Below are positions 20,705 to 30,165 of a stretch of DNA of 64,000 bases, piece after piece. The notes beneath the pieces are model-generated. The model searched no databases, had not been told where the DNA came from, and saw only the letters and a program-made list of their open reading frames with translations. The stretch's first letter is position 1; each line of letters starts with the position of its first letter. Made by a program: the position numbers and the translations under genes. Source of the stretch: Pseudoflavonifractor sp. (GTDB lineage Bacteria > Bacteroidota > Bacteroidia > Bacteroidales > Muribaculaceae); NCBI GenBank assembly GCA_023667145.1, contig JAMPAQ010000001.1:1375118-1439117 (forward strand). Direction: 5' to 3'.

Positions 20705-21145
20705 ATGGGAAAATTTCTTTCTGATTTCAAAGAGTTTGCCATGAAGGGCAATGTGGTCGATATGGCTGTCGGTGTGATTGTCGGCGGCGCGTTTGGCAAG
20801 ATTGTCAGCTCGTTGGTGAACGACGTGCTGATGCCGGTGATCGGCCTGTGCACGGGCGGGATGGACTTCAGCGACATGAAGTATGTGATGCAGGAGGCTG
20901 TGATGAACGGCGAGGAGGTGGTGACACCCGAGGTGGCGATAGGCTACGGGCAGTTCATCCAGTATATCATCGACTTCATCATCGTGGCGTTCAGCATCTT
21001 TGTGGCCATCCGCTTCATCATGAAGTTTAAGAAAAAGGAGGAGGCCGCCGAGGAGGAGCCGGCACCCGCACCCGAGCCGACCAAGGAGGAAGTGCTCCTC
21101 ACCGAGATACGCGACCTGCTCCGCAAGCAGTCTGAAGGGAAGTAA
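20705..21145 (+). CDS. mscL: Large-conductance mechanosensitive channel
   Basis: The ATG at 20705 gives [44 protein letters not shown], the canonical MscL N-terminus. The ORF-track start at 20615 is an upstream extension. Confidence 0.92.
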   Translation: MGKFLSDFKEFAMKGNVVDMAVGVIVGGAFGKIVSSLVNDVLMPVIGLCTGGMDFSDMKYVMQEAVMNGEEVVTPEVAIGYGQFIQYIIDFIIVAFSIFVAIRFIMKFKKKEEAAEEEPAPAPEPTKEEVLLTEIRDLLRKQSEGK

Positions 21146-21178
21146 GCCCTTACCGAGAGACATCGGCGATAAGAAAAT

Positions 21179-21233
21179 AACGCAGTGTCCCGCACGAGTC
21201 AGTCAATGACGCGGGAGACTGCGTTGTGTTTTT
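21179..21233 (+). terminator. Intrinsic terminator of mscL
   Basis: aacgcagtgtcccgc ... gcgggagactgcgtt (15-bp stem with 1 mismatch), followed by GTGTTTTT. Confidence 0.6.
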
Positions 21234-21269
21234 GGATGTCCCTGTGGATGATCTTTCACGAATTATTCC

Positions 21270-21277
21270 TAAATTTG
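21270..21277 (+). promoter_or_regulatory. -7 box TAAATTTG for the restriction-modification operon
   Basis: Exact TAnnTTTG match 34 nt upstream of the ATG at 21311. Confidence 0.45.
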
Positions 21278-21310
21278 TAATTACAATATAAGATAGACCG
21301 GGATTCATCC

Positions 21311-22771
21311 ATGATACAAGAAGCAGATATGTCTGACAAGTTTGACCGTACCAATCCGATGTCGATTTATGACTATAGCCGGCATCTGATAGGACATTCG
21401 CTGCACTCATTGTTGGGCGATGATGTGATGGAGCGTAGACGTAAGGGGAAAGGCGGCTTGGGACAGATGGTCGAGGAACTGTTTTTCGGTTATGATGTCA
21501 ACTCAAACCGTGAGGCAGACTTTGCCGAGGCTCATGTGGAATTGAAATGTACGCCACTGCTAAGGTCAAAGTCAGACAACCAGTATAGAATCAAGGAACG
21601 GCTTGTCTGCACGATGATAGATTATTTTCAGATAGTAGGCACAACCTTTGAGGAGTCACATCTCATATCTAAATGCCGTCTGATGCTCTTGTTGTTCTAT
21701 CTGCATGTCAGCGGTGAGCCGATATATGACTATGAGTTTCTATACAGGGTCTTGTGGCAGTTGCCTGAGAAAGACCTGGTGCTCATCAAGAAAGACTATC
21801 AGACAATCTCTGAAAAAGTAAGACGCGGCGAGGCTCATCTGCTGTCAGAAGGTGACACTCTTTATCTTGGAGCATGTCGCAAGGGGCAAAAGGGTGAGGC
21901 ACCCCAATCGCAGCCTAACTCGCCCATCAGGGCAAATAGACGTGCTTTCAGCCTTAAGCCGGCATACATGCGCTATATATTGAGCCATGTCGTGGCCTCG
22001 GGCCGTAACCACTTTACCAATTATATTGAGGTGGATGCCCCGAAGTTTGAACTGGTATCAAGCTCCGAGCTGACCGACAACTCATTTGAAGATATAATCT
22101 TGGCACGATTTGCACCGTTTGTGGGTAAAAATTATGTAGAGATATGCGATTTGCTTGAGATTGGGGCTTATCAATCAAAAAGCAAGTATGCTGATGTGAG
22201 TGCCTTGATAGCGTCAAATGGGGAGAGTAAACGGTTGGGGGATTCTGACGAGTTTGTCAAGTCTGGTATAATAATGAAGACCTTGAGGCTTGGGAATAAC
22301 GGAATGCCCAGGGAATCAATGTCATTCAAGAATATTGATTACTGTGAGATTTATGATAATGAGGAGTGGGTGGAATCGGAGGCCTACGAGATATTCACAA
22401 GCCGATTTATGTTTGTGGTGTTCAAGCCTGTTGTCGGAAAAGAGATTGCAGTGTACAATAACCGTCGAAAGAGGATGGAAACGGAAGATGAATATGTACT
22501 TGACTCGGTCTTTTTTTGGACAATGCCTGCCGGAGACTTGGAGACTGCCAGGGAATACTGGCTGAATATCCGGGACGCGGTATGTGCAGACCATATTTCC
22601 CCACAGTATTTTTGGAGTCTTGGCGACCACAAGAAATTTCATGTGAGGCCAAAGGCGCGTGTGGGGAGTGATAAGGCGGTAAATCCCAATGGCGGTATAT
22701 GTGACAAATATTGCTATTGGTTTAATGCCGAGTATGTTAAAGAAATTATTGAAAGGCAAGGAAATGAGTGA
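21311..22771 (+). CDS. Type II restriction endonuclease, Sau3AI/MutH family (predicted GATC-type)
   Basis: 486 aa. MutH-like N-terminus KGKGGLGQMVEE and a D-X6-E-X-K catalytic motif in EADFAEAHVELK. Further segments I remember as Sau3AI-like: IKERLV, SEGDTLYLGACRKG and RRAFSLKPAYM. A second degenerate domain follows (ESMSFKNIDY...FMFVVFK...FHVRPKA). The gene is AT-richer than its flanks. Confidence 0.8.
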   Translation: MIQEADMSDKFDRTNPMSIYDYSRHLIGHSLHSLLGDDVMERRRKGKGGLGQMVEELFFGYDVNSNREADFAEAHVELKCTPLLRSKSDNQYRIKERLVCTMIDYFQIVGTTFEESHLISKCRLMLLLFYLHVSGEPIYDYEFLYRVLWQLPEKDLVLIKKDYQTISEKVRRGEAHLLSEGDTLYLGACRKGQKGEAPQSQPNSPIRANRRAFSLKPAYMRYILSHVVASGRNHFTNYIEVDAPKFELVSSSELTDNSFEDIILARFAPFVGKNYVEICDLLEIGAYQSKSKYADVSALIASNGESKRLGDSDEFVKSGIIMKTLRLGNNGMPRESMSFKNIDYCEIYDNEEWVESEAYEIFTSRFMFVVFKPVVGKEIAVYNNRRKRMETEDEYVLDSVFFWTMPAGDLETAREYWLNIRDAVCADHISPQYFWSLGDHKKFHVRPKARVGSDKAVNPNGGICDKYCYWFNAEYVKEIIERQGNE

Positions 22772-24101
22772 GGATAGGAGTGTCAGTGCCAATGTGCTCT
22801 GTGAGCCGTTGGCTGTGTATAGCCGGAGCTGTCGGCAGCAATCGTTGTTTGCGTCTGTGGACGTTGCGGCCTCGGCGGGAGATGTCAGGGTGATTGAGCT
22901 GTTTGCGGGCGTGGGAGGCTTCAGGATAGGGCTTGAGCGGGCCTCGGAACGGTTCAAGACCGTATGGAGCAACCAGTGGGAGCCATCGACCAAGAGGCAG
23001 GACGCGTCGGTGATATACTGCAACCGGTTTGGCGATGCGGGTCACTGCAACGAGGATATAGCGACAGTTGATGTGAATGATATACCTGATGCCGACATGC
23101 TCGTGGGAGGGTTCCCATGTCAGGACTATTCCGTGGCCACCACGTTGAAACGTTCGGGGGGCATAGAGGGCAAGAAGGGTGTGTTGTGGTGGCAGATTCA
23201 CCGCATACTGCGTGACCATAGGAATCCACCGCGTTTCCTTATGCTTGAAAATGTTGACAGGCTGTTGGGGTCACCCGCGACACAGCGTGGCAGGGATTTC
23301 GCGATAATACTCGCATCCCTGTCCGACTTGGGCTACCGTGTCGAGTGGCGTGTCATCAATGCCGCCGAGTATGGGATGCCGCAACGTCGGCGCCGGACTT
23401 ATATGTTCGCGTTCAAGAAAAATTGTGGTTTTGTCGATAAGATAGAGTCAGTCAGTGATTGGATTTTGAGGAACGGGGTGATGGCTAAGGCATTCCCGGT
23501 GAGGCAGGAGGACTGTGTGCTGACAGAGTTTCCCATAAAGGGCAAGTTGGCCGAGGTGTCCGATTCGTTCAATAAAGGAAAGGCTTTGTCTCCGTTCATG
23601 AATGCGGGAATCATGATTGACCGTACTGTCTACACGGTCAAGACGCAGCCTGACTATGACGGGCCTGTGGTGACACTGGGCGATGTTATGGTGCCTGACA
23701 AGGATGTCCCGGACGGTTTCTACATCGGGCAAGCTGACCTGCCCAAGTGGGAGTATGCCAAGGGTGGGAAAAGTGAGAGACGTGTGAATAAGGCGACAGG
23801 ATATGAATATAATTACTCGGAAGGAGCGATGGCCTTCCCGGACAGCATCGACAAGCCTTCCCGGACAATCATAACCGGCGAGGGGGGCGTGGCTCCGTCG
23901 CGATTTAAGCATGTTGTCAGGACAGCTGATGGCCGATACAGGAGACTCACGCCTGTGGAACTCGAACGACTCAACATGTTTCCCGACAACCATACAGCCG
24001 AGGCATCGGACATGCGCCGGGCTTTCCTCATGGGTAATGCCCTTGTCACGGGGATTGTCGAGCGGATAGGATTGCAGTTTATAAAAAGATATAAGAATTA
24101 A
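22764..24101 (+). CDS. DNA (cytosine-5)-methyltransferase
   Basis: The ATG at 22764 overlaps the nuclease stop (ATGAGTGA). Motif I is IELFAGVGGFRIG, IV is GGFPCQDYS, VI is LMLENV, VIII is PQRRRRTYMFAF and X is GNALV. Confidence 0.93.
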   Translation: MSEDRSVSANVLCEPLAVYSRSCRQQSLFASVDVAASAGDVRVIELFAGVGGFRIGLERASERFKTVWSNQWEPSTKRQDASVIYCNRFGDAGHCNEDIATVDVNDIPDADMLVGGFPCQDYSVATTLKRSGGIEGKKGVLWWQIHRILRDHRNPPRFLMLENVDRLLGSPATQRGRDFAIILASLSDLGYRVEWRVINAAEYGMPQRRRRTYMFAFKKNCGFVDKIESVSDWILRNGVMAKAFPVRQEDCVLTEFPIKGKLAEVSDSFNKGKALSPFMNAGIMIDRTVYTVKTQPDYDGPVVTLGDVMVPDKDVPDGFYIGQADLPKWEYAKGGKSERRVNKATGYEYNYSEGAMAFPDSIDKPSRTIITGEGGVAPSRFKHVVRTADGRYRRLTPVELERLNMFPDNHTAEASDMRRAFLMGNALVTGIVERIGLQFIKRYKN

Positions 24102-24285
24102 AAATGATTAGGATAGTAGAAAACGGAGATGGAGTCGTGGATGGGTTGAAATACGCTGTTGGGTAAGCGAGATTTGTGGGGAGGGGTTTCGCGGTTTGGG
24201 GAATTAGTTGTAAATTCGCTGCATGAATGAGAATTGGCGGGTTGATGCCGTAAGGTGAGTGCCCGTGAAATTAAAAATGTAAGAA

Positions 24286-25494
24286 ATGAGCAAAGTTGTC
24301 ATTATCGGGGCTGGCGGTGTCGGAACCGTCGTGGCCCATAAGTGTGCGCAAAATCCCGAGGTGTTCAGTGAGATAGTCCTCGCCTCGCGTACCAAGAGCA
24401 AGTGTGATGCCGTGGCCAAGGCCATCGGGTCGCCCAACATCACGACCGACCAGGTCGATGCCGACAGTGTCGAGCAGCTGTGTGAGTTGCTGCGCCGCCA
24501 CAAGCCCGAGCTTGTGATAAACGTGGCGCTCCCCTATCAGGACCTGACGATAATGGACGCGTGTCTTGAGTGTGGTGTCAACTACCTTGACACGGCCAAC
24601 TACGAACCCAAGGAGGAGGCACACTTTGAGTACTCATGGCAGTGGGCCTATCGGGAGAAGTTTGAGAAAGCGGGGTTGACGGCCATCCTCGGATGCGGGT
24701 TTGACCCGGGCGTGTCGGGAGTATTCACCGCCTACGCGGCCAAGCATTATTTCTCGGAGATGGAGTATCTCGACATCGTGGACTGTAACGCCGGTGACCA
24801 TGGCAAGGCTTTCGCGACAAACTTCAACCCGGAGATCAACATACGCGAGGTGACCCAGAAAGGCCGCTACTATCAGGACGGCAAGTGGGTGGAGACGGAA
24901 CCCCACGAGATACACGGGGCGCTGACCTATCCCAATATCGGCCCTAAGGAGAGCTATCTGATATACCACGAGGAGCTTGAGAGCCTGGTGCAGAACTTCC
25001 CGACCATCAAGCGTGCGCGGTTCTGGATGACGTTTGGCCAGGAGTACCTGACCCACCTGCGGGTGATACAGAACATCGGCATGGCCCGTATAGACCCGAT
25101 CATGTACAACGGCATGGAGATTGTGCCTATCCAGTTCCTCAAGGCGGTGTTGCCCAATCCGCAGGATCTCGGCGAGAACTATCACGGCGAGACATCAATC
25201 GGATGCCGCATCTCGGGCAAGGATAAGGAGGGCAAGCCGTTGACCTACTACATCTACAACAATTGCAGCCACGAGGCGGCCTACAAGGAGACTGGTATGC
25301 AGGCGGTGAGCTACACTACCGGCGTGCCGGCGATGACTGGGGCCATGATGTTCCTTACGGGCAAATGGCGCAAGCCTGGCGTGCACAATGTCGAGGAGTT
25401 TGACCCCGATCCGTTCCTCAAGGTGCTTGCCGAGCAGGGCTTGCCTTGGAACGAGGAGTTTAACATCGACCTTGAGGTGCAGAATATCAAATAA
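24286..25494 (+). CDS. Saccharopine dehydrogenase family protein (carboxynorspermidine dehydrogenase-like)
   Basis: 402 aa. Rossmann N-terminus MSKVVIIGAGGVGTVVAHK, with length and motifs typical of polyamine-pathway CANSDH. Confidence 0.7.
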   Translation: MSKVVIIGAGGVGTVVAHKCAQNPEVFSEIVLASRTKSKCDAVAKAIGSPNITTDQVDADSVEQLCELLRRHKPELVINVALPYQDLTIMDACLECGVNYLDTANYEPKEEAHFEYSWQWAYREKFEKAGLTAILGCGFDPGVSGVFTAYAAKHYFSEMEYLDIVDCNAGDHGKAFATNFNPEINIREVTQKGRYYQDGKWVETEPHEIHGALTYPNIGPKESYLIYHEELESLVQNFPTIKRARFWMTFGQEYLTHLRVIQNIGMARIDPIMYNGMEIVPIQFLKAVLPNPQDLGENYHGETSIGCRISGKDKEGKPLTYYIYNNCSHEAAYKETGMQAVSYTTGVPAMTGAMMFLTGKWRKPGVHNVEEFDPDPFLKVLAEQGLPWNEEFNIDLEVQNIK

Positions 25495-25518
25495 GAGGCT
25501 TCAGGCTTTCAAATGACA

Positions 25519-25562
25519 AAATATGCGCGGCCGCCGTTGTTGGTGGTCGCGCATATTTTGTT
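25519..25562 (+). terminator. Intrinsic terminator of the dehydrogenase gene
   Basis: aaatatgcgcg / cgcgcatattt 11-bp stem followed by TTGTT. Confidence 0.6.
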
Positions 25563-25763
25563 GCCGTGGTCGCCGGATGGACAGCAGCGAATCAGTCGAT
25601 TTTCTCAAACTCGGCCTCAATCGTCATGTCGAGTCTGTAGCCGCCATAGGATGATGAGGTGTTGTAGCGCACTTGCATGTAGTCGTCGGTGAATTTTTAC
25701 AATTATTACGACTATTTCCGCGTGAACGTATTCGGCGAATTAAACATGTTGACGACCAAATAC

Positions 25764-25846
25764 CTGTAGGGCTGCTCCATGGAGCAGCCGCCCGTCCATA
25801 TTGGGGTCATGCACGGAAATCGGATGCCCCAGGGAGCATCCCTACA
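25764..25846. repeat. Structured intergenic element, copy 1 (two hairpins closed by gtaggg/ccctac)
   Basis: ctgtaggg, then ggctgctc-catg-gagcagcc, a spacer, ggatgc-cccaggga-gcatcc, then ctaca. A homologous copy lies at 50115-50216. Confidence 0.65.
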
Positions 25847-25909
25847 TTTATATTCAATATTTTATCACTGCATTGAATCGCTGAATAGCTGCTCTCCCGA
25901 CGGTCGCAG

Positions 25910-26506
25910 TCAGCCGTAGATGAGGACGGAGAGGGAGACGGGACCCTGGGCGCCGGTGACGCGGACGGCCTCGATGTCGGCGGTTGCGGAGGGGCCGGTG
26001 AAGTATGAGCCGTAGCACTGGTCGCGGAGCGTCAGGGCTGCGTAAGCCTGATGTAGCCCCGACATCACCGTGGCGCGGTCGAGCAGCAGGTAGAGGTCGG
26101 TTGACATCAGGGCACAGGCTCCCTTGCCGAGAGATTCGTCGGTGACCCATATCGAGCCGGTCTCGCCAACGCCAAGGAGTCCCTGGCCGACACAGATGTC
26201 GATACAGTCGGCCTGACGGGGGTCGGCGACGCGTTCCGGGCTGACATTGCCTTGCCAGTCTGGGAGGGAGGAGAACACGGTCTTGTCGCGGCTGATATTG
26301 GTGTCGAGCCATGCCACGGCCTTGTCGCGGGAGGGAAATTGAATTGCCTTGCCGTCGAAGCTCTGTAGTTTCTCAATGAAGTTGTTGACCGGGTCACCGG
26401 CAATGTCGTACATCGGCACGTCGGGATGGTCGACCGGGTCGGGGAGTCCGGCCTTGATGCGGGCGAGTATCGCGTCGCGAGAGTCGGTGTGGTTGTTATC
26501 GGTCAT
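25910..26506 (-). CDS. lutC: Lactate utilization protein C (LUD domain)
   Basis: The ATG at 26506 gives MTDNNHTDSRDAILARIKAG.... It overlaps the lutB stop by 11 nt. The upstream part of the ORF-track entry is out-of-frame overlap with lutB. Confidence 0.75.
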   Translation of the reverse strand: MTDNNHTDSRDAILARIKAGLPDPVDHPDVPMYDIAGDPVNNFIEKLQSFDGKAIQFPSRDKAVAWLDTNISRDKTVFSSLPDWQGNVSPERVADPRQADCIDICVGQGLLGVGETGSIWVTDESLGKGACALMSTDLYLLLDRATVMSGLHQAYAALTLRDQCYGSYFTGPSATADIEAVRVTGAQGPVSLSVLIYG

Positions 26507-27926
26507 TGTCGGTGTCAGTTTTGGGGTTGTTATTGCCGTTACTGTCGGCAGTGTCGTTGCCGCCATGTACGCGGGCATAGTATTGGCTGAATGTCTCGGC
26601 GGGCGGTTCCGGGTTGGCATGGTGGGTTGCCCATGGGTTGAGGCGAGAGTTTAGAAGACCCTGCGGGAGCGTGCGTAGCGCCCACAGGCCGAGACGTTCG
26701 GCGGCGTGGAAGGTGGTGGCGTTGCGCAACACCATCTCCATGCCGGTCTCCTCGGCGCGGTGCATCAGCTCGTCCTCGCGTGTATCTACCACCCGTTGCC
26801 GCCAGTAGAAGATGAGCTGCGGGATAGGTACCTTGACGGGGCATACGTTGCCGCACGACCCGCAGTGGGTGCAGGAGTATGGGAGCCGGGCATAGCGGTG
26901 GAGGTCGTAACTCGGTTGGAGGACGATGCCGATGGGACCCATGTAGGGGGCGTCGTAGCTGAGGCCGGAGGTGCGGCGGAATACGGGACACGTGTTCATG
27001 CACGCGCCGCAACGTATGCACTTGAGCACCTGCCAATGGGGTGACGACAGGCGTTGGGAGCGGCCATTGTCGACGATGACGACGTGCATCTCCTGACCGG
27101 GGCGCGGGCCGTGGTAGTGGGAGGTATATTGCGTCATGTCGAGCCCAAGGGCGCTCCGTGACAGCAGCCGGATGAACAGCGGGAGGTCGCTCTGGCGTGG
27201 TATTATCTTCTCGATGCCCATGCTCGCGACATAGAGCGGGGGTAGGGCGGCGCTGATGTCGGCGTTGCCCTCGTTGGTGCAGACAACGATGCCGCCGGTC
27301 TCGGCGATGCCGAAGTTGACACCGCTCATCCCGGCATCTACCTTGGCATAGTTGCGCCGCATATCACGCCGCATTACGCTGTTGAGGTAGGTGGGCTCGG
27401 TGATGTCGGGGTCGCTGCCGAGTTTGTCGGCAAAGAGCCGGGCGACATCCTCGCGCAGTTTGTGGATGGCCGGCATGACGATATGGGATGCCCGCTGATT
27501 GTCGAGTTGCTGGATGCGTTCGCCGAGGTCGGCCTCGTAGATGTCTATACCGTGACGCTCAAGATATTCCCGCATACCACACTCGTCCATGAGCATGGAC
27601 TTGCCCTTGGTCACGGTCTTGACACCGTGATTGCGGAATATGTCGAGTATGATGCGGTTGTGCTCGTCGGCATCGGCAGCCCAGTGGACGATTACCCCAT
27701 TGGCCTTGAGGTTTTCCTCAAACTGCGTGAGGTATCGGTCGAGATGTGACAGGGTGTGCATCTTTATGTCGGAGGCGAGCTGGCGCATCTCCTCCCATTC
27801 GGGAATCTGCGCTGCCACGGAGTCGCGCCGCATACGTGCGGCCCACAGGCAGCGGTCGTGGCTTGTACGATGGGGCTGGTCGGCGATGAACCGCGCCCCG
27901 AGTTTTACTTGATTAACCTGGCTCAT
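26496..27926 (-). CDS. lutB: Lactate utilization protein B (4Fe-4S, LUD domain)
   Basis: 476 aa. Two ferredoxin-type cysteine clusters: CIRCGACMNTCP and CTHCGSCGNVCP. Confidence 0.85.
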   Translation of the reverse strand: MSQVNQVKLGARFIADQPHRTSHDRCLWAARMRRDSVAAQIPEWEEMRQLASDIKMHTLSHLDRYLTQFEENLKANGVIVHWAADADEHNRIILDIFRNHGVKTVTKGKSMLMDECGMREYLERHGIDIYEADLGERIQQLDNQRASHIVMPAIHKLREDVARLFADKLGSDPDITEPTYLNSVMRRDMRRNYAKVDAGMSGVNFGIAETGGIVVCTNEGNADISAALPPLYVASMGIEKIIPRQSDLPLFIRLLSRSALGLDMTQYTSHYHGPRPGQEMHVVIVDNGRSQRLSSPHWQVLKCIRCGACMNTCPVFRRTSGLSYDAPYMGPIGIVLQPSYDLHRYARLPYSCTHCGSCGNVCPVKVPIPQLIFYWRQRVVDTREDELMHRAEETGMEMVLRNATTFHAAERLGLWALRTLPQGLLNSRLNPWATHHANPEPPAETFSQYYARVHGGNDTADSNGNNNPKTDTDNDR

Positions 27927-27940
27927 GGTGAAGTGTCATT

Positions 27941-28684
27941 TTATCGGGCATCCCCGTTAAGAATCTCGGCTATGTAGTAGGTCTTGATGTCGACACCGTA
28001 CTTGCGGGCGACACATGACTGGTGGAGCAGACACGAGAAGTCGGCCGAGGTGACGTAGTGCAGACCGTTGCGCACGTAGTCGCTCACCTTGTCGAGACCC
28101 TGTTGGCCCGAACAACTCTCGTCCCAGATGGCAAACGTGCCGCCAAATCCGCAGCACTCGTCGCGACGGGTGGCATAGGCGACCTCAAGTCCGTCAACGA
28201 GCCGGAGCAGGTCTTCGGTCTTGGAGAAGTCGGGAATCATCAGTTCGGAGGGGCGTGCCTGCATGAGATAGCGCAGGGAGTGGCATCCGTTGTGGAGCGC
28301 CACGCGATGAGGAAACCGCGCCCATGGCATACTGTCGACCCGGAGTACATCGTGGAGGAAATCGACAAGGTCGTGGGTCGTCCGGCGTATGTGGTCGACC
28401 TCGGGGGTCTGCTCGACCTGGTCGAGGTGATGGCGTATCTGGTCGGTGCATATCCCCGAGGGAATTACGATGTAGTCGTAGCCCGAGAGCATGGGGACAA
28501 GGTTGCGCTCAAGCGAACATGCCTTGCGCTCGTAGCCCATGTCGGTCATGGGGAGGGCGCAGCATGAGGTGCGCTCGATGTAGTGCAGGTCGATGTCAAA
28601 CCGCCGCAGCAGGTTGTAGCTTGATATGGCGGCCTGCGGGGCCAGCATATCGACGTAGCATGGGACAAAGAATCCGACTTTCAT
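27941..28684 (-). CDS. lutA: Lactate utilization protein A (CCG-domain Fe-S oxidoreductase)
   Basis: 247 aa. MKVGFFVPCYVD N-terminus and cysteine-rich CCG motifs (CCGFGG). Confidence 0.85.
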   Translation of the reverse strand: MKVGFFVPCYVDMLAPQAAISSYNLLRRFDIDLHYIERTSCCALPMTDMGYERKACSLERNLVPMLSGYDYIVIPSGICTDQIRHHLDQVEQTPEVDHIRRTTHDLVDFLHDVLRVDSMPWARFPHRVALHNGCHSLRYLMQARPSELMIPDFSKTEDLLRLVDGLEVAYATRRDECCGFGGTFAIWDESCSGQQGLDKVSDYVRNGLHYVTSADFSCLLHQSCVARKYGVDIKTYYIAEILNGDAR

Positions 28685-28796
28685 AGTTGGCGGTGTGTTG
28701 TGGTTGTCGAAACGTGGATGCTGTCATGCCGCAATTGGCGGCACGACCACAGTTATAACGTGGCGCAAGGGGCGAGTGTTCACCGCGAGAGCCGGA

Positions 28797-30161
28797 TTAT
28801 GCGGCTGAGAAATGGGCAAGAAGCGCCCAGGAAATCGACATGTAGATGACCATGCCTATAATGTCGTTGGTGATGGAGATGAACGGGCCGGTGGCGAGCG
28901 CCGGGTCTATCTTGAAGCGTTCGAGTGTAAGGGGTACGAAGGTGCCGAACACCGAGGCAAATATCACCACGGCAAAGAGTGACGCTGATACGGCCACGGT
29001 GGCGATGTGCTGGGATGGATTGACGATAAAGTTATATAGGAAAACGAGGAGGGAGATGATGGAGGCATTGATGAGGCCGGCTCCGAGTTCCTTGAGTATC
29101 TGTCGGCCTGAGTGCTTGATGTCGAGGGTTCCGTTGGCGAGACCCTGGACAACTATGGCGCTTGACTGTATGCCGACATTGCCGCCGGTGCCTCCGATGA
29201 GGGGGATGAAGGCGGCAAGGGCGGGTACGGCGGCGAGGCTTCCCTCGTAGTTGCCGAGGATAAGGGAGTTGCCGATGCCTCCGGCGATTCCTATAAGCAG
29301 CCACGGTAGGCGTGCCTTGGTCTGGGTGAAGAGGGTGTCGTCGGTCTCGACATCGGTGGAGAGACCTGATGCCAACTGATAGTCGCGCTCAGTCGACTCG
29401 CGCACCTGGTCCATCACGTCATCGACAGTGATGCGTCCGACCAGACGGCCAATCGAGTCGACGACGGGCATCGCCACGAGATCATACTTCTCAAAGTCGA
29501 GAGCCACCTCGTCGATGGGGGTGTCGGCCTTGACCGACACCGGGTCGCTCTCCATGACATGCTTTATCTTGGAGACGGAGGGGTGGGTTATCATCTTCTT
29601 GAGCGGGAACACGCCACGCAGCTTGTAGTCATTGTCGACGACATAGACGTAGTAGATTTCGTCCATATCCTCGGCCTGAATACGCATCTGCTTGATACAC
29701 TCGGGCATACTCCAGTTCTCGTTGACGACAATCATCTCGGTACCCATGAGACCGCCGGCCGTATCCTCGTCATACTGGAGGAGGTCGACGATGTTACCGG
29801 CCTGCTCGGAGTCCTCGATGTGGGCGAGAATCTCGTCGCGGTCCTCCTCGTCGAGTTCCTGGATTATATCGACGGCATCGTCGGTGTCGAGGTGGTCGAT
29901 CTGCTTGGCAATCTCCTCGGCGGGCATGTTGCTGAGGAGCTTGCGGCGGTCGTCCTCATCGAGTTCCATCAGCACGTCGGCGGCAGTGTCCTCGTCGAGC
30001 AGACGGTACAGGAACTCGGCCTCGTCGAGATCGAGATCCTGATAGAGTTCGGCGATGTCGGCGGGATGGAGCTCTGACAGCTCCTTGCGTGCCGCCTCCT
30101 CATCGTGGTTCGCGATTATGGTGCGGATGTGTTCCAGGTATTCGGGGGTATATTCCTTCAT
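28797..30161 (-). CDS. mgtE: Magnesium transporter MgtE
   Basis: 454 aa. N-domain, CBS pair and a C-terminal TM domain with GGTGGNVGIQS. Confidence 0.92.
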   Translation of the reverse strand: MKEYTPEYLEHIRTIIANHDEEAARKELSELHPADIAELYQDLDLDEAEFLYRLLDEDTAADVLMELDEDDRRKLLSNMPAEEIAKQIDHLDTDDAVDIIQELDEEDRDEILAHIEDSEQAGNIVDLLQYDEDTAGGLMGTEMIVVNENWSMPECIKQMRIQAEDMDEIYYVYVVDNDYKLRGVFPLKKMITHPSVSKIKHVMESDPVSVKADTPIDEVALDFEKYDLVAMPVVDSIGRLVGRITVDDVMDQVRESTERDYQLASGLSTDVETDDTLFTQTKARLPWLLIGIAGGIGNSLILGNYEGSLAAVPALAAFIPLIGGTGGNVGIQSSAIVVQGLANGTLDIKHSGRQILKELGAGLINASIISLLVFLYNFIVNPSQHIATVAVSASLFAVVIFASVFGTFVPLTLERFKIDPALATGPFISITNDIIGMVIYMSISWALLAHFSAA

Positions 30162-30165
30162 CGGC

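Noticed and set aside
25592-25696. A short minus-strand frame ending ...FTDDYMQVRYNTSSSYGGYRLDMTIEAEFEKID*, which looks like the C-terminus of a real protein.
   Set aside because: Only about 35 codons are open before an upstream stop, and there is no promoter or start context. At most it is a gene remnant, and I cannot name a family.
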